Assembly: GCA_002269645.1 (NCBI GenBank)
Contig: NIVC01002776.1
Coordinates: forward strand, 1 to 64,000
Length of the DNA stretch: 64,000 nt
Direction of reading: 5' to 3'
DNA from: Macrostomum lignano
Lineage: Eukaryota
Part shown: one piece after another, positions 61,789 to 64,000 of the stretch
Position numbering within the stretch: position 1 is the stretch's first letter
Layout of the letters: each line of letters opens with the position of its first letter
Position numbers and translations under genes: made by a program
Notes under the pieces: generated by a model
Seen by the model: only the letters and a program-made list of their open reading frames with translations
Told to the model about the DNA's origin: nothing
The model's database searches: none

Positions 61789-63956
61789 TCACAAATACGT
61801 GTTGGCCTCCGGCAACTTCTTCCTGGCCGCCTCAGCCTCCGTGGAGGACTCGACCGGGCTCAGCAGCTGCTGCTGCTGCTGGCGCAGGAAGCTGTCCCGT
61901 TGATGCAGACCGCCGCCGTGGTGATGATGGCAGTGCGGCTGCTGGCCGCTCCCGCTGCAGCTGCGGCGTCGCAAGCGGTGCTGCTGGCCAGCGAGCGGCG
62001 GCGCCGACGGTACAGCGGCTTCATCGGGCGCCGTGGTGAGGACGATGGTGTCGCTGTGAGCTCCGTCAGCGGCGCGGGCGTAAGCGCGGAAGAGGCCGGC
62101 GCAGATCTCGCCACCGCGGTGTCGCCGCTGCTCAGCTCAAGCAGTCTGAGCACCAGACAGCCGTCTGGCCTCACAAAGTCGTCAAGGAAGCCATCGAGAA
62201 CCCTGGCGAGCTTCAGATGGGCGCCGTCCTCTTCCGATTGGCCGACGATGGTTCCGGCCAGCCTGAGGCAGCGCGTGAGTTGGCGCCTTCGGCCGCGCGC
62301 CGGCGCCAAACGGGTGCACCACAGACAGAGGCTGAGCAAAGTGGCGAAGAGCGCGACAATGAACCAGAGCCACAGGAATGCGAAGAGTTTCTCGTGGATC
62401 ATGTTCACCGGCAGAGCGCACTGGGCCAGGCTCATCTGACACGGGAGGGAGGCATACATGTAGCGCATTCGCACTTTGATTTTTCTGTAATCGATAGCAC
62501 CGATGTACATGGCATTTATGAAGCCCTTTGAAGCACAAGTTTTTACCGATTGTAGATAGAGCTATTGATAGCACCACTGTACACAGCCATGTTAGAACCA
62601 GTTTACATAAGAGGTTTCTACTCTAATCCACAAATCATTAACTGATCATGGAGCAAGGCGTCTACCTGAGTCTTCCCAGCCGCCCCCTTGAGCGCCACAG
62701 CGCAGCAGCCGGATCTCGGGAACAGACCGGTTCGCCTCCAGTCGGCGCCAGTCGCCAAGTGTCCGACCAGATCGGAGCTGAAGCCGAGAACCGAGCTCAG
62801 CAACGATACTGAGGTGTCCGGGCGAACTAGGTAAGCCATCACTAGCAGCTGGCCGACCAGATTTCCGATGTACATCAACTTGACAGCGATGTACACCCAG
62901 ACAAGTCGAGTGCCGAGGCGCTTTGATGGTAGGCTGAGGGCCAGGCTGAAGGAGGCCATCGAATTTGAGAATGGGATGAATGGAATAACGGAATTTAAAA
63001 AAAACTTAATACTTATTGACGATATAATGAGCACTATACGAAGAAGCTCTGAGCACTCCACAAAGCATCTCTGAGCACTCCACAAAGCATCCCTGAACAC
63101 CCAGCAAAACATCCCTGAACACTCCACAAAGCATCCTGAACACCCAGCAAAACATCCCTGAACACTCCACAAAGCATCCCTGAACACCCAGCAAAACATC
63201 CCTGAACACTCCACAAAGCATCCCTGAACACTCCACAAAACATCCCTGAACACTCCACAAAGCATCCCTGAACACTCCACAAAACATCCCTGAACACTCC
63301 ACAAAGCATCCCTGAACACTCCACAAAACATCCCTGAACACTCCACACAGCATCCCTGAACACTCCACAAAATATCCCTGAACACTCCACAAAGCATCCC
63401 TGAACACTCCACAAAGCATCCCCGAATACTCCGCAAAGCATCCCTGAACGCTCCACAGGGTCTCACCTTCCCCGCAGACCCCGATGCAGCTTGTCTGACC
63501 AGGAGCCCGCCAAAGGCCGCGTACTGCGCAGCCAGAGCTCCAACTGCCTGGCCACCTGCCGCAGCGTCTTCTCGCGCTTTTCCCCGTCGGATCGCTGCGC
63601 CTCGGCGGTAGCGCGCGCCAGCTGCCACAAATCGCAGCTGGCCCTGGACTGCACAAACAGCCGCCAGAACAGACTCGGTGCGTAGAATGCCACGCCCTGA
63701 GCCGCGAGGACGAACGGCAGCCACTGGTAGTAGTAGATCTTCCGGTCCCGGTACCGATCTGACCAGGTCTCCAAGTGGTTCTTGATCTCAAATTCGTCCA
63801 GGGGCACATTGTAAAGACCGTCGGTGTAACACATGCTGGTTATGTAGGCTGTCTGGCCTTCGTGCGAGCCCAGAATGTTAGGCACGTAGCAGGTGATGGG
63901 GTTGAGGAAGTAAGTCTTCAGCGTGGTGATGCTGCTGAACACTATCAGCAGCAGCA
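61789..63956 (-). CDS. Innexin; exons 63956-63467, 62945-62666, 62435-61789 (apparent 1-nt deletion near 62110); first exon beyond the window
   Basis: NPITC, SMCY, YYYQWLPFVL, LFPRSGCC, QCALPVNMIHEKLFAFLWLW and DGCLVLRL are innexin hallmarks. In-frame GT/AG junctions. Confidence 0.93.
63050..63455. repeat. 22-bp intronic minisatellite (CATCCCTGAACACTCCACAAAG)
   Basis: Visible tandem units starting ~10 nt after the minus-strand donor at 63466. Confidence 0.95.
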
Positions 63957-64000
63957 CTGAAATTGGGGCATCGGGTGGAAGCTCCAATTGAAGATTGAAG

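Overview
Eukaryotic (animal) genomic DNA, most consistent with a free-living flatworm such as Macrostomum. This is an inference from the innexin, the GC- and Ala-rich exons, the minisatellite-filled introns and the ATG-less first exons. 628-11878 is a young, structurally complete LTR element on the minus strand. It has two ~2.2-kb LTRs with 10-bp terminal inverted repeats, an ATAG target-site duplication, a tRNA-Leu PBS and a PPT. It encodes Gag plus an atypical protease but no RT/RNaseH/integrase. It also carries a possible antisense spliced unit and an array of PBS-like motifs. Host genes: PROSER3-like (+), an orphan 153-aa ORF (+), a matrin/U1-type zinc-finger gene (-), ERK5/MAPK7 with a TLY activation motif (+), PIH1D2 (+), NICN1 (+), an unidentified gene (-), a RING-less TRAF/MATH gene (-), intronless AP2S1 (+) and an innexin (-, 5' end outside the window). 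About 25 different tandem arrays occupy introns and intergenic gaps, and several are built from splice-site-like units. AT-rich blocks hold decayed RTE-like and Tc1-like relics and a hAT-type MITE, and an RNase H-bearing LINE fragment lies downstream of ERK5. Single-base deletions breaking ERK5, NICN1 and innexin look like long-read consensus errors. All homology calls come from recognising motifs by eye; no searches were run.
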